DNA from: Candidatus Poseidoniaceae archaeon
GTDB lineage: Archaea > Thermoplasmatota > Poseidoniia > Poseidoniales > Poseidoniaceae
Reading direction: 5' to 3'
Assembly: GCA_049616955.1 (NCBI GenBank)
Contig: JBMZIJ010000001.1
Location: 753-64,752 of the forward strand
Length of the DNA stretch: 64,000 bases
Shown here piece after piece: positions 1 to 9,717 of the stretch. A model generated the notes under the pieces. That model was not told the origin of the DNA. It saw only the letters and a program-made list of their open reading frames with translations, and ran no database searches. The first letter of the stretch is position 1. Each line of letters opens with the position of its first letter. The position numbers were made by a program, and so were the translations under genes.

Positions 1-280
1 CATCAAGAAGATGAGATGAAGCGTTTGGTACTAGGACTCTGAATCCAGAAACCTCGAGCTCTTGACAGTCGATGTCGGTTGACTCAACGATTTGAAGGTC
101 ATACATGTAGCCTGAACATCCACCAGAAAGAACTCCTACCAATAACGCATGACTTCGATCGTCACCAAACGCATCTGTGAGCATTTCAATAGCCTTCTCT
201 GTGATGGTAAGTGACACATCAACCACTTTCGGTTGAATGACCTCAATTGTTGGTGCTGTCTCACAAGTTCCGCAGTCCAT
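1..280 (-). CDS. HesB/IscA-family Fe-S cluster assembly protein (runs off the window edge)
   Basis: Read manually: MDCGTCETAPTIEV...LTITEKAIEML...LLVGVLSGGCSGYMYDLQ, containing the GGCSG IscA motif. ATG at 280; not in the ORF track. Confidence 0.85.
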   Translation of the reverse strand, partial: MDCGTCETAPTIEVIQPKVVDVSLTITEKAIEMLTDAFGDDRSHALLVGVLSGGCSGYMYDLQIVESTDIDCQELEVSGFRVLVPNASSHLLD

Positions 281-321
281 GACTAAGCCAACAGTCGAAC
301 CATTATGAATCTGACTTCGTT

Positions 322-2613
322 TCAACGACGAGCAAGTTTCTTCTTTCGCTCTTTTTCGAGAATCGTACAGCGGCGTATTTGTTCCTTCGCACGCTTCGCC
401 TCGGCATCGGATAGGCCTCTTGGAATAGACTGTTCATAGCATTTGATAGCATCAGGGAATCGTTCCATTTCAGCATAGGCAGTTCCCATGTTGTACAAGG
501 TCTGACCACGGACATTTGAGGGATCTATCATCATCGCTTTGTGGTATGATTCAACACAAGCAGGATATTCTTCAAGGAAATAAAATGCATTACCACGTCC
601 GTTGAGGATGCGAATGACCATTTGATTATCGTTTGCGAATGATGGAAGGGCTCGATCAAAGGACGAAAGTGCTTCACGATACTTACCATCTTCCATGAGT
701 TGAATTCCTTGGTTGTACCATGATATGTCTTGATTTGCCACGGAACTTGAATCAGCAGAGATGACCGGATTGGCTTGAACCATCGCAGTTGCATCCAAGG
801 CGGCTTTCGCTAAGTCCACCTCGACATTGACTTCTTGCTCGACAACTTTGCTTCTGGGCTCGACTGGTGTAAGGAGTAAGTTGTTTGCTTCATTTGCTCG
901 TTCGTCCTGAATAGGGTCTGCTAGGGATTCGGCTACCAAGGGTTGTTCAACGACCGCAGGGGGCTCAGGTGTCACAAGAGGTGGCGTGGATGTAGGGGGT
1001 GGTGGAGGATTATCGTTAAGGGGTTGAGGTGTGCTTGTTGACTCCAATTCTCGTGCTTTACTGTGGCATCGTTGTGCCGTTTCGATATCACCTGCAGCTT
1101 CTAGTGATCTTGCCAATCCTTTCCAAAGAGACGAGTTTTCTTTATCATGCTGAATGAGTTCCTTCCATATTGTTACTGCTTCAACGTTTTCTCCTTTGAG
1201 CGTTAATGCTCTAGCACGTTCAATCGATGCTCCTGGGCTGATGAGATCGAGCGCATATTGTGCAAGTTGAGGTGCTTCTGGCATTGTGGGAGGGATTCCA
1301 GTAATGTATTCCAGAACCTCCACTTCAGATTCTCCGCACTCGAGAAGCATCTGAACAATCTCATCACGAAGTTCTGTATCGTCTTGGCTTTCGAGCAAAA
1401 TCATTCCATGCGAAAGAATCGTACCTACATCGTTCTCATTCTTCGCAAATTCAATCAGTTTTCGCCGTGCCTTCGCATGCCGTGCATCAAGGTCAACCGT
1501 TTTCTCAAATGCTTCCTTTGCTCCGCTTAGATTGTCGTTGCGTGCGTATAGGCTACCGAGGTTGTAAAATCCCGAAGCCACTGTTTCGTCGAGTTTCGTG
1601 GCGTGTTCTAATGCCGCAATTGCGTGTGCATCCAGTTCCATTCTTGCCATTGCGCCCCCTGCAATTCGCCAAGCGCCAGCGTGTTGTGCTCCAATGGTTT
1701 TGAGATGTGGCTTGAGTAAAGCGAGGGCCTTTTTTGGCTCCCCTTGTCGAATTAATTCCGTTGCCTCATCCGTCAAGCGATCAAGGTTGATTTCATCAAC
1801 AACTGGACGTTGTTCCAACTCTACCTCGATTGATTCCTCGATTTTTTCCTCAACAATCTGCGTTGCAACAACGATGTCTGCAGCGCTTCTCAACTCTTCT
1901 TTGTCCAAATATCCATCGCCATCAAGGTCATGGTGTGCTGCTTCACTGAGAATAGCTTCAGCATCCTCAATCCCGGTCTCTTCCATGACAACGTTGAGGG
2001 TTGATTCTTGATGGGTTGCCTTCGTAATAGTGGATTCGATTTCATCGGGAACTTCTTCGACGGGGGAATGCATTGTTCGATTCAAAACATCTGTCAAACT
2101 AGGATGGCCAGGGAAGAACTCTAGTCCGCGCCTTGCCATTGCAGCTGCTCCTGCATCATCACCAATCCGGTCGAGTAGAATTGCAAGGTTAGCGGTAGCC
2201 GGTGCATGATCTGGGTTCAAATCAAGACAAATCTGAAACGCTTGTCGAGCTCCTCGAGCGTCCTGTTGGGCTTCAAGAAGAACGCCTCGATTGAACCAAG
2301 CCATATCGCTTGAAGGATCGAGAGCAATGGCTTTGTTGAATGCCACAAGTGCTTCTTGTGGTGCATTTGTTCTTGACTTGTACTCACCCTCTTCGATAAG
2401 CGATTGGACTTGCTCTTCGACGCTCAATTCTTCAACAACTGAATCCGTTTCGACTTCAGTATCTTCAATCGATTCTTCCTCCTCGTCATGAATCGATTCC
2501 GTTTCTTCAATCGGCTCTTCAGTACCGAGCATCGAACCTAGGCCAGCAGAGCGTAATGCATCCGCCATATCATTCATCAATGCATCTGACATGTCATCGT
2601 CCTCTGCACCCAT
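322..2613 (-). CDS. Acidic tetratricopeptide-repeat protein with an EF-hand-like loop and a Pro-rich linker
   Basis: TPR motifs (AWFNRGVLL, GFYNLGSLY, LYNMGTAY) and DLDGDGYLDKEE loop. Start moved to ATG 2613, which has a GGTGA SD. Confidence 0.85.
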   Translation of the reverse strand: MGAEDDDMSDALMNDMADALRSAGLGSMLGTEEPIEETESIHDEEEESIEDTEVETDSVVEELSVEEQVQSLIEEGEYKSRTNAPQEALVAFNKAIALDPSSDMAWFNRGVLLEAQQDARGARQAFQICLDLNPDHAPATANLAILLDRIGDDAGAAAMARRGLEFFPGHPSLTDVLNRTMHSPVEEVPDEIESTITKATHQESTLNVVMEETGIEDAEAILSEAAHHDLDGDGYLDKEELRSAADIVVATQIVEEKIEESIEVELEQRPVVDEINLDRLTDEATELIRQGEPKKALALLKPHLKTIGAQHAGAWRIAGGAMARMELDAHAIAALEHATKLDETVASGFYNLGSLYARNDNLSGAKEAFEKTVDLDARHAKARRKLIEFAKNENDVGTILSHGMILLESQDDTELRDEIVQMLLECGESEVEVLEYITGIPPTMPEAPQLAQYALDLISPGASIERARALTLKGENVEAVTIWKELIQHDKENSSLWKGLARSLEAAGDIETAQRCHSKARELESTSTPQPLNDNPPPPPTSTPPLVTPEPPAVVEQPLVAESLADPIQDERANEANNLLLTPVEPRSKVVEQEVNVEVDLAKAALDATAMVQANPVISADSSSVANQDISWYNQGIQLMEDGKYREALSSFDRALPSFANDNQMVIRILNGRGNAFYFLEEYPACVESYHKAMMIDPSNVRGQTLYNMGTAYAEMERFPDAIKCYEQSIPRGLSDAEAKRAKEQIRRCTILEKERKKKLARR

Positions 2614-2715
2614 TGTCTTCACCAATCTCTGGCAAGACTGTTATGGTATAAGCATAGTTGCTTATTGATTAGACGTTAACAATGGATTCATCTATTGGGT
2701 CTACATCCGTGTTCT

Positions 2716-3267
2716 ATGGCGGATGCACCACTCAAAGTAATGGGTCTTTCAGGATCCATTGGCCGACAATCAAAGAATGGAATGCTGGTTGACTTGGCAC
2801 TGCAGAAGGCAGAGAAATTGGGTGCAGAAGTTCATTTTTGGGATCTTCAAGAAAAGCCTCTTCCTCTTGTAGGTGAAGATGGTTGTTGGTCGAATCCTGT
2901 TGTAAAAGAATTTCAAGAAATGGCATCAGAATATGATGCATTTCTCGTTTCCTCTCCAGAGTATCACGGTACGATGTCTGGAGTCATGAAGAACACCTTT
3001 GATTGGGTATACGATCAGCATGTTGGTGGAAAGGTCTTCGGATTGATGTCGACGCTTGGTGGCATGTCGAATTCAAACACCTTGAACCACATGCGGATCA
3101 TGCTGAGGTGGCTTCATGCGAATCCTGTTTCGCAGCAACTTGCAGTTGGCCATGTGAAAGAAGCCTTTGCTGAGGATGGAACCCTCGTTGATGCTGGCAT
3201 GGATGAACGGCTTCAGAATCTTGTTGAGTCCGTCTTGAAGACGGCTACGATGTACCGCAATTCGTGA
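2716..3267 (+). CDS. NAD(P)H-dependent FMN reductase (flavodoxin-like)
   Basis: LSGSIGRQS and SPEYHGTMSGVMKNTFDW motifs; ATG 2716. Confidence 0.9.
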   Translation: MADAPLKVMGLSGSIGRQSKNGMLVDLALQKAEKLGAEVHFWDLQEKPLPLVGEDGCWSNPVVKEFQEMASEYDAFLVSSPEYHGTMSGVMKNTFDWVYDQHVGGKVFGLMSTLGGMSNSNTLNHMRIMLRWLHANPVSQQLAVGHVKEAFAEDGTLVDAGMDERLQNLVESVLKTATMYRNS

Positions 3268-3271
3268 TGCT

Positions 3272-4018
3272 ATGAATGCGAACCGGCCATTCTTTGAAGA
3301 TGCTTTTGGGGGCACCTATCTCCTCGTCGAACCGGGACAATTCAACCTTGGAGATGAGGTAGGTTCAGGTCATCCGAATGAACAACCTCTTGTCCCTGTG
3401 GTTATTACGGATCCGTTTTTCTTTGGAGTCCGTCCTGTGACACAAGCACACTGGTCGAGTGTTATGAACAACAATCCTTCCAAATTTAGTGAAGGTTGGA
3501 GTGCTGGATTACGCCCAGTTGAGTCCATCTCGTACAACGATGTCGAACTTTTTCTCAAACGCTTGAACGGTGAATCGCAGGAATACATGGGGTTCAAAGG
3601 ACACTGGCGTTTACCATCTGAATCGGAATGGGAGTACGTTGCAAAAGCTGGTACCTCAACACGTTGGTCGTTTGGCAACAAAGATTCGGAACTCGATGCT
3701 CATGGATGGCATGCTGGAAACAGTGGGGCTACAACTCGAGAAGTAGGTTCGAAAAAAGCCAATGCATGGGGTTTCTTCGACATGCATGGACTCATCTACG
3801 AAATGACTTGTGATTCATGGACGAAGACTCACACCGAACATCACGGCCAGCAATCAATTCTTGACACAGTAAGCGATCATTATGTTGCAAAGGGTGGTTC
3901 TTGGTTCACAGAGTCTGATTCGACACGATCTTCTTCTCGACGTCGCCTTCATCGAAAAGATCGCAAAGACGGTGTTGGAATTCGACTTGTTTGGGATCCT
4001 TCCGAGCCCATAAATTAG
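3272..4018 (+). CDS. Formylglycine-generating enzyme (SUMF1/FGE-sulfatase) fold protein
   Basis: RLPSESEWEYVAKAG, NAWGFFDMHG, KGGSW and GIRLV motifs; lacks the catalytic Cys residues of true FGE. Confidence 0.85.
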   Translation: MNANRPFFEDAFGGTYLLVEPGQFNLGDEVGSGHPNEQPLVPVVITDPFFFGVRPVTQAHWSSVMNNNPSKFSEGWSAGLRPVESISYNDVELFLKRLNGESQEYMGFKGHWRLPSESEWEYVAKAGTSTRWSFGNKDSELDAHGWHAGNSGATTREVGSKKANAWGFFDMHGLIYEMTCDSWTKTHTEHHGQQSILDTVSDHYVAKGGSWFTESDSTRSSSRRRLHRKDRKDGVGIRLVWDPSEPIN

Positions 4019-4509
4019 TCTCCATTCCTGACCTCAACATCTGCTTCGAATGCTACCTCGTTTAGCAAATTTTGTCCATGAGGTACGATTCCTGGGATTG
4101 TTTCCCATTGAACTTCTTGGGGACTGTCAACGAACTTCATGACATTCAATCCGATGAGAACCTGTATGCCCGCTTGTGTTCGGTGTACAACCGGAGAAAC
4201 TTCTTCATGGAATGTTGCATTCATGTGTTGACAAACTTCAGCAAACGTTCGCTGACCGTTGCACAACTCCCAAAGCACACTGTTCTTGTCCAATAAGGGG
4301 CGTCGTAGTTCATGTGGCGCTCTCATGAGTTTGGCGAAGATTCGTTCTATCCGTCCAAAGTTTTTTTCGAAGCGCAAGACGATTCGTTTTCCAGTGCAAC
4401 CATCCACATTTGGATGTGGACCTGATTCACCGGTACGGCACCACCACACTGGAAGTCGTACAGGGTATTTTCCTGCAAGAGGATGATGTTCAAGTTCGAC
4501 CAACTCCAT
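4015..4509 (-). CDS. PqqD-family (RRE-like winged-helix) protein
   Basis: LDKNSVLWELCNGQRTFAEVCQHMNATFHEEVSP matches the PqqD pattern (WELxDGxRTxxEI). ATG 4509 preferred. Confidence 0.65.
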   Translation of the reverse strand: MELVELEHHPLAGKYPVRLPVWWCRTGESGPHPNVDGCTGKRIVLRFEKNFGRIERIFAKLMRAPHELRRPLLDKNSVLWELCNGQRTFAEVCQHMNATFHEEVSPVVHRTQAGIQVLIGLNVMKFVDSPQEVQWETIPGIVPHGQNLLNEVAFEADVEVRNGD

Positions 4510-4517
4510 ACAATCCC

Positions 4518-4691
4518 TCAGAAATCCGTCCAGGTCCAAATAACGAGACTAAGCATGGCAACGATACCGCTAATTGCGGAGATTCGAACCAACTCTTGCC
4601 GCTTGCTAAATTTATCAAGGTACCACGTAAGCACGCCAAAAATTGCTACTGCAACCCAGAGAAAATACCATATTGGATTGTCTTGGGCCAT
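4518..4691 (-). CDS. Small 57-aa two-helix membrane protein (below the ORF-track cutoff)
   Basis: MAQDNPIWYFLWVAVAIFGVLTWYLDKFSKRQELVRISAISGIVAMLSLVIWTWTDF; GGAGGG SD upstream; fills the gap between co-oriented genes. Confidence 0.75.
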   Translation of the reverse strand: MAQDNPIWYFLWVAVAIFGVLTWYLDKFSKRQELVRISAISGIVAMLSLVIWTWTDF

Positions 4692-4712
4692 GCCCTCCCA
4701 TCTCGCTCTCCA

Positions 4713-7700
4713 TCAAGGCTGTTTCCCTAACCGATCAAGATATTGTTGGCCGTAGTGAGTCCATTGCTCCATACTCCATCCTGCTGGCAAACCGTCCTCG
4801 GGTAAAGGTGGTCCAGATGGAACATCTTCGGTGACGGAAACTGGAGTTGTTGTCTCAACAATTGTCTGTTGTGATATTGGTGGGCCAGAAACGAATGTTT
4901 CTTCTTCAACGAAAGAAGTTCGTTGTTTGCGTAGAATTAACAGAATTGCTGCAAGAATCACAAAGCCCAGTATCGATGCAATCAGCGTTGGTCCATTGAT
5001 GGCCTGCGAAAAAATCGATTCTTCAGCATCAGGTTTTGTAAATTCAAACGTCCGCGAATCAGTGTACTCAATTGCTCCATCGATGGTGGTGGCTACGATG
5101 GACACATCACCAATGTATGTATCTCCTCGATTCTGAATTTCGCAACGGATGTCCTTGATGGCTTCCGTATTCCTTGCATACGGTAATGATACGTTGTTTT
5201 CCTCACCATCGACAATGAGCATACCATCGCACATCACTTGCCATCCATTTGGATACAACATTGAGTAGGTGACATCTTCAGATTGAGTAGAATAACTGGT
5301 CATGTTGAACCATAGCGTTCCAACTGAATCAATCGTCTGATTGGTTAAGTCGGATAGTTCCATTTCGACCTTTCTTTGTTGGTCAACCGTAATGAGGTTC
5401 TGATGCTCCAATTTAACAATCTCTCCCTCATCATTCATGCCACCTTCAATGAATATCGTAATGACAACTCTTGTGTTGAGAGGCACATTTTCGCCGATGA
5501 CAACATCAATAAAAATCAATTTTTCTGATCCAGCACTCATTGGGAACGTCAACACTTCACCCGATTCTGATGTTGGACCTCCTATGCCTGCGGTCAAGAA
5601 TGCGATGACATCGCTTGTTGGGGGTGATGTCGATAGTTCGAAACCAACATCCATACTTGATTCAAGTGCATTTCCAACATTGATAATGGTTCCGTTCAGT
5701 GAAACAGTCGAATCAACCATGGCATGATAATCAAGAATCGAGCCATTGAATTCAGGGAATTTGATGCTACCAGTGATCATATCGATCGTGGCTTGATTGT
5801 CGTTCGGATTGATGTCTTCTCCTTCGGGTTGAACAGCAATCTTCACTGAATGGAACTCACCAGCGGCTTCCGACATTGGTACGTACAACAACAATTCAAC
5901 TCGCTCGATATTGTTCCCTGTATACGTGACACCTAAATTGATGTCAGCCGTTTCAAGAATGACGCCATCCAATCGAACGGAGTAACTCCAGGACGTTGGA
6001 GCATCCATCAATTGAACTGTGGCACTCGAAGGTCCATTGCCATGGTTTGACACTTCCAATTCAATGACCGTTGTACCACCTGGCTTCAAGACTGATTCTG
6101 TCGAAAGTACTGTCAAGCCAACGTCGTATACTGTTTCAATCATAACATTGCTGTATGCTGGACCATCGTACTGCGTTCCACTTCTCGTCGATGTAAGAAT
6201 TGGTTTGATGGTTGGAGCAACATCGTTTGCTTGTGCGTTGTTTGGAGCAGTTACAGCAATGAAGAATGAAGTAGAAGCACCTGGATTGATGACGATGGGT
6301 GGCCGCTGCTCTTCTTCGATAATCCATCCAATAGCTGGTGTGTAATCAACGGTTAAATCAAAACTATCTTGCCGTGTTGCTTGATTGGTAATTGTGTATT
6401 GTATTTCGACACGTTCTCCAGAAGAGATCAGTGTTGTTTGATCTTCGTCGATGTTGAGTTCAATCAACGCATTGGAAATCATGGACGCTTGTATTGTAAT
6501 TGCTTCCGTCAACGTACGCGATGTGTCGTTTTGAGCAGTCATTGTAAACCAGAAGTCACCCGTTTTTTCGGGTGTTTCGCCTGATGGCACGGTCATGACG
6601 AATTTAACGGATTGAATTTGGTTTGGAATCAGGCGAATGGATTGGCTCTGGTCAAATGCAAGGTTAACATTCCAGCCTTGGTCTAATGACTTCGGAGCAA
6701 CTTGTAGATCAAAAACATCGGTAGCTTGTCCAACGTTTTCAACGTCGATGAAAAACGCACAACTTGAGCCTGGGGCACACTTGGGTTTGACATCAGGAAC
6801 ATGGATGAATGGGATTCTATCTGCTGAAACCTGATATTGCATGGGTTCTTGGACTGAAAAACTTGGATTTTGTATGCTCGACGCCATGAACGTCAAAGGT
6901 ACAAATCCAACACTTGCGTTCGGACTGGGCTGAAGTTTCACATCAATTTGTCGTGATTCTCCAGGTAAAAGTCGTACACCAGTATTTGGGTTAACACCTG
7001 CTCCGCTGGGGAAAGAAAATGCAACGTTCCAATCCTCGGGTAGGTTTGTTACAGATGGAACCAGTGAATCACTGATGTTTCCTGTATTTGTTAATTCAAG
7101 TCGTATCTTCCCCCATGAGCCAGGAATTGAACCATCAGTAAAGACACCTGATACGTCTAAATTGTATTCTTCGGTTCGGGCAGATTGATCGTATACAATG
7201 ACAAAATCATCAAACCAATATCCAACATCAGTTCCGGAAGAATCACTGGTAAATGTGAATTTGAATCGTGAATTTGAATGAAAATGAGAACTCACATCGA
7301 CTGGGATGAGTGGTGTCGTGTGACCCATGTGATTGTTTGAGATTGTTTGCCAATTCGACAACGTGGCTCCAACTGTACCAGCAATGTTCGCAAGTTCATC
7401 CCATGCTCCTTGGTTATCCAAAGCGTAGACTTTCATGTTGTCATTGACCTGAGCGCTACCGGTGTAAAAGAACGTCAGCCCATTGGTTCGTGTCGGATTC
7501 GGAACAACATCACTCATGTCCCAAATGGGTGTCATCAAACTTGTTTGTAGATTGTTTGCATAGGTTCCCGATTGACCTTGCCCAATGTGACAAGATTGTC
7601 CCATGCTCAATGCAGTATCGGTATTGGTTCCCCAATACGTTCCGGCATTCCATCCAACAAGCGACGTACACGTGAAATAATAATGAGCAACAGTGTAATG

Positions 7701-8222
7701 TCGGTTCAAGGCATCGTTTGCAGGATTCTCATCGACACCTTGGAAAGAGGGTGTAATCACTAACGTGTGGTTGCCAGAATAATTGACGTAGACGTTGTGA
7801 AATGTTGCAGTACCTTGTCCGCTTGAAGCCAGACTGTTCATTGTAACCGTTCGATTGGCGAGTTCAAATCGTTCATACTCGTTGTGAAGGATCAGCATCT
7901 GAACAGTAATGATCCCAGATGCTAGACTACCATCATTTCTGACGGTCACCTCGATGTCCATTGGTGTGGAATTGACCGTGTCAACAACGTAGAGATTCTT
8001 TGGACGGTCAAATCCAAGGATTGGATGATTTGAAGAGAACATCTTGTATTGCGATTCATCACTCGGATTGGAATAACGAATCGATACATCCGTTGCCGTC
8101 AGGTCTACTCCACTGTTTTTTGAACTGGGTTGGGGCGTTTTCTCGTTCACAAGTTCGCTGCTACTTATGGGCTGGAGCAGCAGCAGCAAAATAAGGAGTC
8201 CTGCAACACCAAGCCTTGGCAT
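4713..8222 (-). CDS. Large cell-surface protein with CARDB/NEW3-like Ig repeats, a C-terminal TM anchor and a cytoplasmic tail
   Basis: Signal peptide; repeated (L/V)xNxGNxxD beta-sandwich motifs; TM LIASILGFVILAAILLIL; tail GPPLPEDGLPAGWSMEQW. Confidence 0.8.
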   Translation of the reverse strand: MPRLGVAGLLILLLLLQPISSSELVNEKTPQPSSKNSGVDLTATDVSIRYSNPSDESQYKMFSSNHPILGFDRPKNLYVVDTVNSTPMDIEVTVRNDGSLASGIITVQMLILHNEYERFELANRTVTMNSLASSGQGTATFHNVYVNYSGNHTLVITPSFQGVDENPANDALNRHYTVAHYYFTCTSLVGWNAGTYWGTNTDTALSMGQSCHIGQGQSGTYANNLQTSLMTPIWDMSDVVPNPTRTNGLTFFYTGSAQVNDNMKVYALDNQGAWDELANIAGTVGATLSNWQTISNNHMGHTTPLIPVDVSSHFHSNSRFKFTFTSDSSGTDVGYWFDDFVIVYDQSARTEEYNLDVSGVFTDGSIPGSWGKIRLELTNTGNISDSLVPSVTNLPEDWNVAFSFPSGAGVNPNTGVRLLPGESRQIDVKLQPSPNASVGFVPLTFMASSIQNPSFSVQEPMQYQVSADRIPFIHVPDVKPKCAPGSSCAFFIDVENVGQATDVFDLQVAPKSLDQGWNVNLAFDQSQSIRLIPNQIQSVKFVMTVPSGETPEKTGDFWFTMTAQNDTSRTLTEAITIQASMISNALIELNIDEDQTTLISSGERVEIQYTITNQATRQDSFDLTVDYTPAIGWIIEEEQRPPIVINPGASTSFFIAVTAPNNAQANDVAPTIKPILTSTRSGTQYDGPAYSNVMIETVYDVGLTVLSTESVLKPGGTTVIELEVSNHGNGPSSATVQLMDAPTSWSYSVRLDGVILETADINLGVTYTGNNIERVELLLYVPMSEAAGEFHSVKIAVQPEGEDINPNDNQATIDMITGSIKFPEFNGSILDYHAMVDSTVSLNGTIINVGNALESSMDVGFELSTSPPTSDVIAFLTAGIGGPTSESGEVLTFPMSAGSEKLIFIDVVIGENVPLNTRVVITIFIEGGMNDEGEIVKLEHQNLITVDQQRKVEMELSDLTNQTIDSVGTLWFNMTSYSTQSEDVTYSMLYPNGWQVMCDGMLIVDGEENNVSLPYARNTEAIKDIRCEIQNRGDTYIGDVSIVATTIDGAIEYTDSRTFEFTKPDAEESIFSQAINGPTLIASILGFVILAAILLILRKQRTSFVEEETFVSGPPISQQTIVETTTPVSVTEDVPSGPPLPEDGLPAGWSMEQWTHYGQQYLDRLGKQP

Positions 8223-8251
8223 GAGTGTGAATTGGCTCTTACGTATTTGAT

Positions 8252-9073
8252 TTATTCGTTTGACTGTTCTTCGTCGACGATACGTAATTTTTCTTCGTTC
8301 TTACGCTCTTTTGCCCGTGCAGCAAAATAGACCGTGAACGATGGGATCAACACCATCGAGAAGCATCCGACGACAGCTGCAAGTGCCCAAAGGAATTCAG
8401 TAGCTGCGTCGATTTCGAAGACTTCAACCGTGGAGAAAGCCTCATTGACGGTGTAAACATTGACTCGAGGTTGAACGGATTTGTTGCCTGGTTCAATGAT
8501 TTGAATAACGATTTGCGAGGGTTCATGCGTGTAATTGATTTCATTCCGAGCTAATTCTTCGGCCTCACGCAACGAATCAGCAAATACTGTTCCGTTCGAT
8601 CTACGTGCTGGGTCTGTTGATGTAAGCGACTGGATGTTCACACTGTCGGAATCGGCCTCGATCTCGATGGTTTCTCCGTAAACGCAATGCTCAGAGCATC
8701 GAAAATCAACCGTTTTTCCATCAACCACCACCTCGGCATCATCCAAACCGAGGAATGGATGAGAGTAGAGCTTTCCATCGTTGGTCATCTTGACGACCGC
8801 TCCACTTGCGAGATCATCAACCGTCATGTTAATCCACGTTAGATTAGAACCGTCGGCAGCAACCGTGCCAATCCACGTTGTCTCGTTGTTTTGGACGATT
8901 TTGACGAGTTCTATATCTTCAAAAGCAGAGTCTGTTGCTTCAGTTTCATAGATGTAATAATTCGGTGAAATAGTGGCACCGTACACGGCATAAGCCAGCA
9001 AAACGATGAGTGTTAATGACAAACCTATGAGTGTTCTCAAGAGGTTTGGATTCTGTGCCAGCGCCTTCTTCAT
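8252..9073 (-). CDS. Hypothetical membrane protein (two TM helices around an extracellular domain)
   Basis: N- and C-terminal hydrophobic helices; ATG 9073 has a GGAGG SD and an upstream TTCTTGAA box. Confidence 0.75.
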   Translation of the reverse strand: MKKALAQNPNLLRTLIGLSLTLIVLLAYAVYGATISPNYYIYETEATDSAFEDIELVKIVQNNETTWIGTVAADGSNLTWINMTVDDLASGAVVKMTNDGKLYSHPFLGLDDAEVVVDGKTVDFRCSEHCVYGETIEIEADSDSVNIQSLTSTDPARRSNGTVFADSLREAEELARNEINYTHEPSQIVIQIIEPGNKSVQPRVNVYTVNEAFSTVEVFEIDAATEFLWALAAVVGCFSMVLIPSFTVYFAARAKERKNEEKLRIVDEEQSNE

Positions 9074-9208
9074 TGGTTCCTCCAAAACCAAGCCATTCAA
9101 GAACACTTGCACGTGGCCAAAAACACAATGATGCGCTTCATTCGAATGGGCTAATCGCCCGCTTTATTCAAATAGGGGAGATAAGTCGCAGGGTTGCTTG
9201 GTGTAGTT

Positions 9209-9703
9209 ATGACGACGTTCTACGATGTTCCTGCTAATTTTCTAATCCCAGCTCTTGCTGAACAATTGAAGAGCAATGATGCGATTTCGATGCCAGAATG
9301 GGCTGATGTCGTCAAGACTGGTTCCTCAAGGGAACGTCCACCGACCCAGACCGACTGGTGGCACACCCGCGGAGCAGCACTCCTGCGAAAAATCGCTCGT
9401 CAAGGTCCTATCGGCGTTACCTCTCTTTCCCAAGAATACGGAGGCCGAAAGAATAACGGTTCCAAACCGAACACACCTGGTGTTGGATCTCGAAAGATCA
9501 TCCGAGCACTTATTCAACAACTGGAAGACGCAGGACTTGTATCCACCCAAGTTGGCCGTATGGTTGAACCAGAAGGTCGTGAAGCGACTCAACTCTACAA
9601 CGGGCGTATCATCACCGCTGCAGGTCAAAAACTCCTCAATGAAGTCGCACACAGCGTTCGACCTCAAGTCGAAGAAGCATATCCTGGACTCGACAAATAC
9701 TGA
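9209..9703 (+). CDS. rps19e: 30S ribosomal protein S19e
   Basis: MTTFYDVPA, PEWADVVKTG, WWHTRGAALLRK and QQLEDAGLV motifs. Confidence 0.97.
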   Translation: MTTFYDVPANFLIPALAEQLKSNDAISMPEWADVVKTGSSRERPPTQTDWWHTRGAALLRKIARQGPIGVTSLSQEYGGRKNNGSKPNTPGVGSRKIIRALIQQLEDAGLVSTQVGRMVEPEGREATQLYNGRIITAAGQKLLNEVAHSVRPQVEEAYPGLDKY

Positions 9704-9717
9704 ATGGACGTGACTGA

